From: Alphaproteobacteria bacterium
GTDB taxonomy: Bacteria; Pseudomonadota; Alphaproteobacteria; CBCXTS01
NCBI GenBank assembly: GCA_965178085.1
Contig: CBCXTS010000026.1
Span: 90,205 to 154,204, forward strand
Length of the DNA: 64,000 nucleotides
Direction of reading: 5' to 3'
The position numbers and the translations under genes were made by a program. Below are positions 50,200 to 59,183 of this stretch, piece after piece. The number at the start of each line of letters is the position of its first letter. Position 1 is the first letter of the stretch. The notes beneath the pieces are model-generated. The model made no database searches. It saw only the letters and a list, made by a program, of their open reading frames with translations, and was not told the DNA's origin.

Positions 50200-51381
50200 A
50201 TGGAAGCATTTTTATTTGATTGGTTAAATCTTCTGATTCGTTGGGGGCATTTAATTGCTGGAATTGGCTGGATAGGAACATCGTTTTATTTTGTAGCACT
50301 TGATATGTCGCTCATTAAGCGAGCAGGCCAAGATGATACAATTGTCGGTAGCCTTTGGGAAGTACATGGTGGTGGGTTTTATTATGTTGAAAAATATCAA
50401 CGTGCTCCGGCTCAATTACCAAGCAACTTAATATGGTATAAATGGGAAGCCTATTTAACTTGGTTTACAGGCATATGTTTGATGGCTGTTCAGTATTATG
50501 TGAACGCTGATGTCTATCTGATTGATCAACAAAAAATCGCTTTAAAACAATGGGAAGCTATCGCCTTATCATTAGCTAGTTTTGGATGCGGATGGCTTGT
50601 TTATCACGGACTTTGTAGATCTGTTATAGGAAAGCATCATGTGTTACTTAGTGCTTGTGTTTTTGTATTATTGGTTGGAATGGGATGGTTTTACAGCCAA
50701 GTGTTTGCTAGTCGAGGAGCGTTATTGCACATAGGAGCTTATATGGGCACATTGATGGCCTTTAATGTTTTTGGTGTTATTATTCCTAATCAGAAAAAAA
50801 TTGTTGCAGCGCTTGTTGAAGGTAAAACTCCAGATCCTAATCTTGGCTTGATAGGCAAGCAACGATCACTCCATAATACATGGCTTGTTTTGCCAGTTAT
50901 TTTGCTAATGGTATCAAGTCACTATCCTATGCTTATCGGGGTTGAACAGCTATGGTTGTTGGTTGGGCTTATTTTAATTGCAGGTGCGTGTTTGCGCCAT
51001 GCTTTGATTAGCCATGAAATAGGCAAATCATTTAAAGATTATGTGTGGTCTGTGTTGGCTTTTTTTGGAGCAATTACATTTGCTTTTATTTTGACGATGC
51101 CAGATATAAAATTTAAAGAACATGTGAGCGTTGATGCAAGCGAGGTAATGTTGGTGATTAACAAGCATTGTTCAAGCTGTCATAGTAAGACGCCTCGTCA
51201 TGAAGATTTTGAAGAACCTCCCGCATCCATTGCATTAGACAGCATTGAAGAAGTTCATGATCATGTCCATAAGATTTTACAGGTTGCAGTTTACTCTACT
51301 TATATGCCTTTGGAAGATAGTTATCATATGCAAGATAGTGAGCGAGATCTTTTAGGATCTTACTTATCAACAAGAGAATAA
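50200..51381 (+). CDS. puuD: Membrane urate hydroxylase with C-terminal cytochrome c domain
   Basis: RW.H.IAGI.WIG.SFYF, VHGGGFY, WYKWEAY.TW, RS.HN, CSSCH heme motif; start ATG 50200. Confidence 0.92.
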   Translation: MEAFLFDWLNLLIRWGHLIAGIGWIGTSFYFVALDMSLIKRAGQDDTIVGSLWEVHGGGFYYVEKYQRAPAQLPSNLIWYKWEAYLTWFTGICLMAVQYYVNADVYLIDQQKIALKQWEAIALSLASFGCGWLVYHGLCRSVIGKHHVLLSACVFVLLVGMGWFYSQVFASRGALLHIGAYMGTLMAFNVFGVIIPNQKKIVAALVEGKTPDPNLGLIGKQRSLHNTWLVLPVILLMVSSHYPMLIGVEQLWLLVGLILIAGACLRHALISHEIGKSFKDYVWSVLAFFGAITFAFILTMPDIKFKEHVSVDASEVMLVINKHCSSCHSKTPRHEDFEEPPASIALDSIEEVHDHVHKILQVAVYSTYMPLEDSYHMQDSERDLLGSYLSTRE

Positions 51382-51382
51382 A

Positions 51383-51898
51383 ATGTTAACTATTAATGAC
51401 GTAAACGCTATGACATGCAAGCAGTTTATTGAGTGTTTTCTTGATATTGCAGAGCATTCATCATGGGTTAGTAAAAAAGCTGAAATGGCAAGACCTTTTG
51501 CAACGTTTGAAGATGTTGTGAAAGCTTTTTCAGATGCTTTATTGACTAGCACAAAAGAAGATCAACTTGCATTAATTCGTGCCCATCCTGATCTTGGCAA
51601 TCGAGCTGCACTGGTTATTGATAGTAATTTGAGCCAAGATTCAAGAAAAGAGCAAACAGGAATTGGGCTTGATCAGCTCACTGAGGAAGAATATAAAATA
51701 TTTAATGAGCTTAATGATCGATATAAGCAACAATATCATTTTCCTTTTATTTTGGCAATTAAAGGTGCTAGCAAACATATTATCTTAACAATGTTTAACA
51801 GGCGCCTTGAAAATAGTTATCAAGCAGAGTTTGATGAGGCATTAAAGCAAATCGGGCTGATTTTTAAGTTTCGTCTAGAAGATAAAATATTATCATGA
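51383..51898 (+). CDS. uraD: OHCU decarboxylase
   Basis: EHS.WV, LIRAHPDL, S..EQ...GL, FPFI. Confidence 0.93.
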   Translation: MLTINDVNAMTCKQFIECFLDIAEHSSWVSKKAEMARPFATFEDVVKAFSDALLTSTKEDQLALIRAHPDLGNRAALVIDSNLSQDSRKEQTGIGLDQLTEEEYKIFNELNDRYKQQYHFPFILAIKGASKHIILTMFNRRLENSYQAEFDEALKQIGLIFKFRLEDKILS

Positions 51899-53223
51899 AA
51901 CAATCGCAATCTTGTGATTTTCAAGTATTACGTGCTTGTATTGTTTCGTTTAATGAGAATCCAAGATTTGCGCCGTCTTTACAAGATGCCTGTGCTATCT
52001 ATCATGATGGTGTTGTTTGTGTAAATGATCATGGACGCATTGCTTGGGTAGGTGCCTACCAAGATATGCCGGATCTTTTTAAGCAATGGCCTCAACATTA
52101 TTTGCATCCTAAAATTATTACGGCTGGATTTATTGATGCACATGTACATTTTCCACAATATAGGATGTTAGCTGCACCTGCATTAGATGTATTAGAATGG
52201 CTCAAGCGCTATACGTTTAAAGAAGAAATAAAATATGAAGATGGAGATTATGCAGCAACAGCGGCCAACATTTTTTTGCATCGATTATACGAGCACGGTA
52301 CAACAGCAGCATTGGTTTTTTCAACATCGCATTTTGAAGCAACAGAACAGCTTTTTATGGCAGCAAGCTTGCGCAATATGGCGATTGCTACATCCAATGT
52401 TATGATGGATAGAAATGCTCCTCTTGAATTGTGCGACACAGCACAATCAGGTGCCGATCGAACGCTAGAGTTGATTAAAAAATGGCATGGCAACCAACGT
52501 GCTCGAGTAGCTATCACGCTGCGGTTTGCCATTACATCAAGCCAAGAGCAACTTGCAGCAGCTGGGGCTATATACCAATCTCATCCAGAATGTTTGTTTC
52601 AAACGCATCTGGCAGAAAGTAAGGCAGAAGTTAAGGCCGTTAAAGAACTGTTTCCATGGGCAAAGCATTATAGCGATGTATATGATCATTTTGGATTATT
52701 GGCATCAAAATCAATATTTGCACATGCTATCTACTTAAGCAAAGCCGAACAAGAGTTATTATATGATAAGCAGTGCTCGCTAGTGCATTGTCCTACTTCC
52801 AACAGTTTTTTAGGTTCGGGGTTGTTTCACATCGATCAGATAACCCAAGCAGGAATACCAACAGGTCTTGCTAGTGATATTGGTGGTGGGTTGCATTATT
52901 CAATGCTGGTAACAATGGCGGAGGCTTATAAAGTAGCATGTATTCAAAAACTTGCCTTTAATGTATGGGATGGCTTTTATATGGCAACACTTGGCAATGC
53001 ACGCTTAATGCATTGTGATGATGAAATTGGGTCTCTTGAAATAGGAAAATGGGCAGATTTAATTGTTTTGGATCCCCAAGCAACGCCGGTTTTGGCCAGT
53101 AGAGATGAAATTTCTGATACTATTGAGGAGCGTTTGTTTTCATTAATGATGCTTGGTGATGATCGAGCAGTGGATGCTACTATGGTAGCTGGAAAATGGT
53201 TCAAACAAACGAAAGGAAATTGA
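51895..53223 (+). CDS. guaD: Guanine deaminase
   Basis: GFIDAHVHFPQ, RFAITS, QTHLAE, HCPTSNSFLGSG, DIGGG. Confidence 0.93.
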   Translation: MKQSQSCDFQVLRACIVSFNENPRFAPSLQDACAIYHDGVVCVNDHGRIAWVGAYQDMPDLFKQWPQHYLHPKIITAGFIDAHVHFPQYRMLAAPALDVLEWLKRYTFKEEIKYEDGDYAATAANIFLHRLYEHGTTAALVFSTSHFEATEQLFMAASLRNMAIATSNVMMDRNAPLELCDTAQSGADRTLELIKKWHGNQRARVAITLRFAITSSQEQLAAAGAIYQSHPECLFQTHLAESKAEVKAVKELFPWAKHYSDVYDHFGLLASKSIFAHAIYLSKAEQELLYDKQCSLVHCPTSNSFLGSGLFHIDQITQAGIPTGLASDIGGGLHYSMLVTMAEAYKVACIQKLAFNVWDGFYMATLGNARLMHCDDEIGSLEIGKWADLIVLDPQATPVLASRDEISDTIEERLFSLMMLGDDRAVDATMVAGKWFKQTKGN

Positions 53224-53224
53224 T

Positions 53225-54133
53225 ATGACAGAATATTATCCGCGCGATTTCATTGGGTATGGTCGCACTCCTCCTAATCCTAAATGGCCTTTGGATGCTT
53301 ATATTGCGGTGCAATTTGTTTTAAATTATGAAGAAGGTGGCGAGCGGTGTATCTTGCATCAAGATGAGGAAAGTGAAAGTTTTTTATCAGAGATCATAGG
53401 AGCTGAGCCTTGGAATGGGCAGCGTCATATGAATATGGAATCTATGTATGAATATGGATCAAGATCAGGGTTTTGGAGGATATGGAGGTTATTCAACAAA
53501 TATAATATCCCTGTAACTGTTTATGGCGTAGCTAGCGCGCTACAACGCAACCCGGAGGCAGTTGAGGCAATGTTGGAATCGCACTGGGAAATTGCAAGTC
53601 ATGGGCTTAAGTGGATTGAGTATCGTAATTTCAGCTACGAACAAGAGCGCGAACATATGCAAGAAGCTATTGCTATCCATACAAAAGTTACAGGTACAAG
53701 GCCATTAGGATGGTATACAGGGCGTTCTTCCGTTCACACATTAGAGTTGGTTGCAGAAGAAGGCGGGTTTGCCTACGCCTCTGATAGCTACAGTGATGAT
53801 TTGCCATATTGGCTTAAGAGTAAGCATAAAAAACAATTAATCATACCCTATACACTCGATGCAAATGATATGCGTTTTGCAACTGCGCAAGGCTTTAATC
53901 ATGGGGGGGATTATTTTAACTACTTAAAAGATAGCTTTGATGTGTTGTATGAAGAAGGCAAGCAAGGTCAACCCAAAATGCTTTCAATAGGTTTGCATTG
54001 CAGGTTGATAGGGCGTCCAGGACGTATTAAAGCATTAGAGAACTTTATTAAATATATACAAAATCATTCGTATGTTTGGCTTGCTAAGCGTATAGACATT
54101 GCACATCATTGGCAAAAGCATTATACAATGTAA
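53225..54133 (+). CDS. puuE: Allantoinase PuuE (polysaccharide-deacetylase fold)
   Basis: YPRDFIGYG, NYEEGGE, YEYGSR.G.WR, GWYTGR, GLHCR..GRPGR. Confidence 0.95.
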   Translation: MTEYYPRDFIGYGRTPPNPKWPLDAYIAVQFVLNYEEGGERCILHQDEESESFLSEIIGAEPWNGQRHMNMESMYEYGSRSGFWRIWRLFNKYNIPVTVYGVASALQRNPEAVEAMLESHWEIASHGLKWIEYRNFSYEQEREHMQEAIAIHTKVTGTRPLGWYTGRSSVHTLELVAEEGGFAYASDSYSDDLPYWLKSKHKKQLIIPYTLDANDMRFATAQGFNHGGDYFNYLKDSFDVLYEEGKQGQPKMLSIGLHCRLIGRPGRIKALENFIKYIQNHSYVWLAKRIDIAHHWQKHYTM

Positions 54134-54233
54134 GAGAATATGATGGCATAATGGATGTATATGATTGGTGTTGGCTTAAAAAATATAGCGATTTTGTAAT
54201 GCTATGATGCAAAATCACAATAGGAGTTTGTAA

Positions 54234-54515
54234 ATGACTAAATCTGAATTAGTGCTTAGCTTAGCACAACAATTTCCTGATCTGCATAAACGAGATGTTG
54301 AGCGCATCGTTAGCGTCTTTTTTGAAGAAATCAGTAATGCCTTGATCCAAGGAGATAAAGTTACATTGCGTGGGTTTGGAACGTTTTCTGTCAAACACAG
54401 AAAAGCAAGAACAGGGCGCAATCCCAAAACCAATGAAACGGTCTATGTGCCTGAAAAATTTGTACCAGCATTCAAGATGGGTAGAAAATTTCATGATCGA
54501 TTGAATAACAATTAA
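54234..54515 (+). CDS. ihfB: Integration host factor subunit beta
   Basis: MTKSEL, LRGFGTFS, R.GRNPKT, P.FK.G; followed by lapA-like gene. Confidence 0.92.
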   Translation: MTKSELVLSLAQQFPDLHKRDVERIVSVFFEEISNALIQGDKVTLRGFGTFSVKHRKARTGRNPKTNETVYVPEKFVPAFKMGRKFHDRLNNN

Positions 54516-54581
54516 ATAGGATAATATTTGATAAATGGATGTACAATTGAGCATTTTAATAACTAACAATATGGTTGTATA

Positions 54582-54980
54582 ATGGCGCGTATGATTTCGT
54601 TGATCTGCTTTTTGTTTTTTGCTGCTTTGTTTGGTGTTTTTGTTGTTTCTAATAGAACGAACGTGCTTCTTAGTTTATGGCCGTTTGATTATGTTATTCA
54701 AACGGCAGTTTATTTGCCCATTTTGTTATCATTGTTAATAGGCTTTCTTGTTGGATTAATGGTGTGTTGGTTTTCATTTTATAAAAAACTAATAGCAGGC
54801 AAGCGTATGCTGCAAGCAAATAACAAAGAAAAGCAAAGCCAGCTGAAAGCAGAAATAGAAATATTGCACGCAGAACTAAAAGCCTACAAGATAAAACACC
54901 AACAGATTGGAAATAGCGATACAAACGAGCCCAACTCAACATTGTTGGCTAGTACGGCCTTGCCAGCGTCAAAGCACTAG
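54582..54980 (+). CDS. LapA family (lipopolysaccharide assembly protein A-like) membrane protein
   Basis: Two TM segments, N...V.LSLWPF motif, C-terminal coiled coil; follows ihfB. Confidence 0.75.
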   Translation: MARMISLICFLFFAALFGVFVVSNRTNVLLSLWPFDYVIQTAVYLPILLSLLIGFLVGLMVCWFSFYKKLIAGKRMLQANNKEKQSQLKAEIEILHAELKAYKIKHQQIGNSDTNEPNSTLLASTALPASKH

Positions 54981-55109
54981 TTTTTTAACAACTTCAATTG
55001 GAAGTTTTTCAAATCTGGTGGTCAATTTGATCATTGAATGACTTCTCAAAGCTAGATTGAACGATATCGTATCGTGTATTTGTCTCAATCGAGGCAATAG
55101 CCAAATTGA

Positions 55110-55153
55110 GCCAGTCATCGATTATTACTTCGCCAGTCATCGATTATTACTTC
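55110..55153. repeat. 22-bp perfect tandem duplication GCCAGTCATCGATTATTACTTC x2
   Basis: Read directly, just past the ETF-QO stop. Confidence 0.92.
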
Positions 55154-55164
55154 GTTTGCTTTCG

Positions 55165-56811
55165 TCACATATTTGGATAATTAGGACCGCCACCACCTTC
55201 TGGAACACGCCATTGAATGTTTTGAAGTGGGTCTTTAATATCGCAGGTTTTGCAGTGAACACAATTTTGCGCATTAATTTGCAACTGGGGTTTTTCATTT
55301 TCTCCGTTTTGTATAATTTCATAAACACCAGCAGGACAATAGCGCTGCTCAGGAGCATCAAAATGCTCTAAATTATGAGATATAGGGACCTCAGAATCTT
55401 TTAGAACTAAGTGACAAGGCTGATTTTCCTCATGATTTGTACCAGAAAAAGCAAGGTTTGTTAAACGCTCAAAGCTAATGTTTCCGTCTGCTTTTGGATA
55501 TTCTATTGGATTGAATTGGTGTTTTTTCTTTAAAGCATCATGGTCATTGCCATGATGCTTTAAAGTCCATGGGGCCTTTCCACGCAACAATAATGTATCC
55601 AATGCTGCATAAATAAGTCCTGACCAAAATCCCCATTTAAAGGCTGGACGTATATTACGCGCTTTATGTAACTCCTCATAGATCCAGCTTTGCTTTAGCT
55701 TATCCTCATAAGAAGATAGCTCCATGCCTGATGTTAAAGGAGTAGCAGCATTGAAATGCTCAACAATAGTTTCTGCTGCTAACATGCCGCTTTTCATTGC
55801 AGTGTGTGATCCTTTGATTTTTGGAACATTCAAAAAACCAGCAGAGCACCCGATGATTAATCCACCTGGGAAAACAACCTTTGGAATGGATTGAAACCCA
55901 CCTTCATTTAAAGCACGAGCACCATATGCAATGCGCCGTCCATTGGTAAGCAATGAAGCAATTTTTGGATGATGCTTAAATTGTTGAAATTCTTGATATG
56001 GGGATAAATATGGGTTTTGGTAATCCAGCCCCACAACAAAGCCAATTGCGAGTTGATTATTGTTAAGATGGTACACAAAGGAACCGCCGTAAACATCACT
56101 TTTTAATGGCCATCCTGTGCTATGCCAAATGGTGCCGGGTTTGGATTGATTGGGGTCTATCTCCCACAGTTCTTTAAGGCCAATTGCAAAAGTTTGTGGA
56201 TCACAATTTTTGCGCAAATCAAATTTTTGCATTAATTGTTGGGCAAGTGATCCTCTACATCCTTCGCTGATGATGGTGGTTTTTGCAAGAAGATTAATAC
56301 CTGGTTGCCAGTTTGGTCCTTTATTGGCGTCTCGCGTTAATCCCATGTCACCGGTGGCAACACCAATGACTTTATCATGCTCATCATAGATGATTTCACT
56401 AGCGGCAAAGCCTGGGTAAATTTCAACACCCAGTGCTTCTGCTTGTTGGGCAAGCCAACGACAAAGGTTGCCAAGAGAGATAATGTAATTGCCTTTATTA
56501 TGCATTTGCGGTGGCGTAGGAAGGCGCCAGGCTTTGTTTTTTGTTAAAAAACAAAAATAATCTTTGGAGGCTGGAGTATGCAAAGGTGCATCGAGCTCTT
56601 GCCAATTAGGGAGTAGTTCATCAAGTGCACGAGTTTCAAACACTGCACCAGAAAGGATATGTGCGCCGACTTCAGAACCTTTTTCAAGAATGCAAACTGA
56701 AATTTCTTGTTTGGTTTCATTTGCAAGTTGTTTAAGTCGAATTGCAGCAGACAGGCCCGCAGGACCAGCTCCGACAATTACAACATCAAACTCCATTGTT
56801 TCACGCGTCAT
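55165..56811 (-). CDS. Electron transfer flavoprotein-ubiquinone oxidoreductase
   Basis: GAGPAGL, EKGSEVGAHILSG, CPAGVYE, CVHCKTCDIKDP; start ATG 56811 after AGGGAG. Confidence 0.96.
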   Translation of the reverse strand: MTRETMEFDVVIVGAGPAGLSAAIRLKQLANETKQEISVCILEKGSEVGAHILSGAVFETRALDELLPNWQELDAPLHTPASKDYFCFLTKNKAWRLPTPPQMHNKGNYIISLGNLCRWLAQQAEALGVEIYPGFAASEIIYDEHDKVIGVATGDMGLTRDANKGPNWQPGINLLAKTTIISEGCRGSLAQQLMQKFDLRKNCDPQTFAIGLKELWEIDPNQSKPGTIWHSTGWPLKSDVYGGSFVYHLNNNQLAIGFVVGLDYQNPYLSPYQEFQQFKHHPKIASLLTNGRRIAYGARALNEGGFQSIPKVVFPGGLIIGCSAGFLNVPKIKGSHTAMKSGMLAAETIVEHFNAATPLTSGMELSSYEDKLKQSWIYEELHKARNIRPAFKWGFWSGLIYAALDTLLLRGKAPWTLKHHGNDHDALKKKHQFNPIEYPKADGNISFERLTNLAFSGTNHEENQPCHLVLKDSEVPISHNLEHFDAPEQRYCPAGVYEIIQNGENEKPQLQINAQNCVHCKTCDIKDPLQNIQWRVPEGGGGPNYPNM

Positions 56812-56955
56812 TTCAGTGTTCTCCCTATAGGTTTTAGTTGATAGATAAAATAAAATAATACCAGATTTGTTTGACAAAAGAAGCTATTCAAAAGAAGCAT
56901 TTTCGTATAACATTATAATTTAATTTAGATATTAAAATGACATTGATTTTTACTT

Positions 56956-57804
56956 ATGCAACATTTGAACAAAAACTCAACAGACATCATCGCAAAACTT
57001 GATAAAGATACGCTTAAACTTTTACAGGTCAATTTGCAAATGCATATGGATGCAGGCGTTGATGAATTGATTGGTTCATTGGCAAGTGATTTTTTTATCC
57101 ATACGCAACAAGCCTCAACAACCAATAACTTTGTGTCACAAGGCCTATCGTCACCTTTAGAATCTCAACAAATTATGCCTAGCGACTTGCCTGAAAATGC
57201 TATCACTAGTGAGCAATTGGCAATGGGATGCCATAGTCTTGAAGATTTATATAACGCAGTTGCAGGATTTGGTGGATGCGCATTAAAAGACACTGCAACT
57301 AGTTTAGTATTTGGAGCAGGCAATCCTAATGCTGATTTGATGGTTATTGGAGAGGCTCCAGGTGCAGATGAAGATAGACAAGGTAAACCCTTTGTAGGTG
57401 TTGATGGACAATTGCTTGATCGTATGTTGCAAGCGATAGGTCAAACACGAGAAAGTTTTTATGTAACAAATGTGCTTTATTGGCGCCCTCCTGGTAATAG
57501 AACACCAACAGATGGAGAAATAGCGGCATGCTTACCATTTTTACAACGACAGATTGAATTGGTTGCTCCTAAAGTCTTATTGCTTGTTGGTGGACGAGCG
57601 GCAAAAAGCTTGCTAAATCAAAATGCAGGGATAACAAAATTGCATGGCAAGTGGTTTGAGTACACCACAAAAGATAGAAAATCTATTCCAGCAATATCAA
57701 TATTTCATCCTGCATATTTATTAAGAACGCCTGAACATAAACGTTTTGCGTGGCAAGATTTATGCGCTTTGGCAACGTTTATGCAATCTAACAAATTTGG
57801 ATAA
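56956..57804 (+). CDS. Uracil-DNA glycosylase (family 4-like)
   Basis: GEAPGADED..G.PFVG, RPPGNRTP, HPAYLLR. Confidence 0.92.
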   Translation: MQHLNKNSTDIIAKLDKDTLKLLQVNLQMHMDAGVDELIGSLASDFFIHTQQASTTNNFVSQGLSSPLESQQIMPSDLPENAITSEQLAMGCHSLEDLYNAVAGFGGCALKDTATSLVFGAGNPNADLMVIGEAPGADEDRQGKPFVGVDGQLLDRMLQAIGQTRESFYVTNVLYWRPPGNRTPTDGEIAACLPFLQRQIELVAPKVLLLVGGRAAKSLLNQNAGITKLHGKWFEYTTKDRKSIPAISIFHPAYLLRTPEHKRFAWQDLCALATFMQSNKFG

Positions 57805-57884
57805 TTTGACAAACTTAGATAAAACACAAAATATTGCCTATTGATGTAGGTTCAATGCAATTTACTTAAGAAAAGATTTAATAA

Positions 57885-59171
57885 ATGAACAATCCTCAAT
57901 CCTCAAAAAAATTAAAACAAAATATCAATGCGCTTATCCAAGAATATTGTGAGCAGCATTTTCAATTTACCTTTGATCCTAATCATCCACAGGTAAGATT
58001 GCATGAGCCTTCTTTTGATCATCGTGAAATATCAGCAGCATTAGAGTGCCTTTTAGATACTCGAGTGACAATGGCTGGAGAAGTACAAAATTTTGAGCGT
58101 GAGTATGCTCTTAAATTTAAGCACGATCATGTTGTTATGAGCAATTCTGGCTCTAGCGCTAATTTATTAGCGCTTTCAGCATTAATGAACCCTTTATCTA
58201 ATAGTGGGCTTAAAGCAGGTGATGAGGTTATAGTGCCAGCGCTGTCTTGGTCAACAACTGTTTGGCCTGTTGTACAAAATGGATTGGTGCCCGTATTGGT
58301 TGATTGCGATCAACAGACATTGAATATTGATGCTAACGCTGTTGAGGCTGCTATTACATCTAAAACGCGTGCGGTTATGTTGGTGCATGTTTATGGCAAT
58401 GTTTGTGATATGGATGCAATTTGTGATATATGCAAAAGGCATAATTTAATTTTAATCGAAGATGCATGTGAGGCGATGGGAGCCAGTTTTAAAGGCACAC
58501 CAGTTGGTAATTTTGGCCTTATTGGAACATTTTCAACTTATTTTTCACACCATATTACAAGCCTTGAAGGCGGGTTTTGTGTTAGTCAAGATTATGAACT
58601 TGATCAACTGATGCGTATGTTACGTGCCCATGGTTGGTTACGAGATTTTGATAAGAAGCAGAAATTTTTGGACATGATGCCAGAATATGATGATCGTTTT
58701 GTTTTTGGAACTCTTGGCTATAATTTACGTGCAGTTGAGCCATTAGCAGCATTTGGGCGTGTGCAGCTTTCAAAGCTTGATGATTTTATAGAAACCCGCA
58801 TGCAAAATGCAGCTTATCTTCATGCTAAGCTTAGTCCATATAGTTGTTTTAGTTTTCAAAAAATGCAAGAATACGCACAGCCATCATGGTTTGGTTTTAT
58901 CATACGCGTGCAAAAAGATGCACCATTTACACGCGATCAATTATGCGCTGAATTAAATAAGCACCACATTGAAACAAGACCCGTTATTTGCGGGAATATT
59001 GCCCGTCAACCAGCAATGCAACATATCAATCACCGCATTGATGGATCTCTTGAGCAAGCAGATAATGTCATGAGAGATGCTTTTTCTGTAGGCATTCATC
59101 AACATGTTGATCACAAGGCATGTGACTATATAGTGAGCGTAATATCAGATTTTGTCAGTGCAAAAAGATAA
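57885..59171 (+). CDS. DegT/DnrJ/EryC1/StrS family PLP enzyme, ColD-like GDP-4-keto-6-deoxy-sugar 3-dehydratase
   Basis: NSGSSANL, SWSTT, EDACE, FSHHIT.LEGG (His at the Schiff-base Lys position), RAHGW, GYN.R. Confidence 0.8.
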   Translation: MNNPQSSKKLKQNINALIQEYCEQHFQFTFDPNHPQVRLHEPSFDHREISAALECLLDTRVTMAGEVQNFEREYALKFKHDHVVMSNSGSSANLLALSALMNPLSNSGLKAGDEVIVPALSWSTTVWPVVQNGLVPVLVDCDQQTLNIDANAVEAAITSKTRAVMLVHVYGNVCDMDAICDICKRHNLILIEDACEAMGASFKGTPVGNFGLIGTFSTYFSHHITSLEGGFCVSQDYELDQLMRMLRAHGWLRDFDKKQKFLDMMPEYDDRFVFGTLGYNLRAVEPLAAFGRVQLSKLDDFIETRMQNAAYLHAKLSPYSCFSFQKMQEYAQPSWFGFIIRVQKDAPFTRDQLCAELNKHHIETRPVICGNIARQPAMQHINHRIDGSLEQADNVMRDAFSVGIHQHVDHKACDYIVSVISDFVSAKR

Positions 59172-59183
59172 TAAAGTCACTGG

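Noticed and set aside
55057-55371. 104-aa plus-strand ORF
   Set aside because: Mostly antisense shadow of the ETF-QO C-terminus and spans a 22-bp duplication; no motif.
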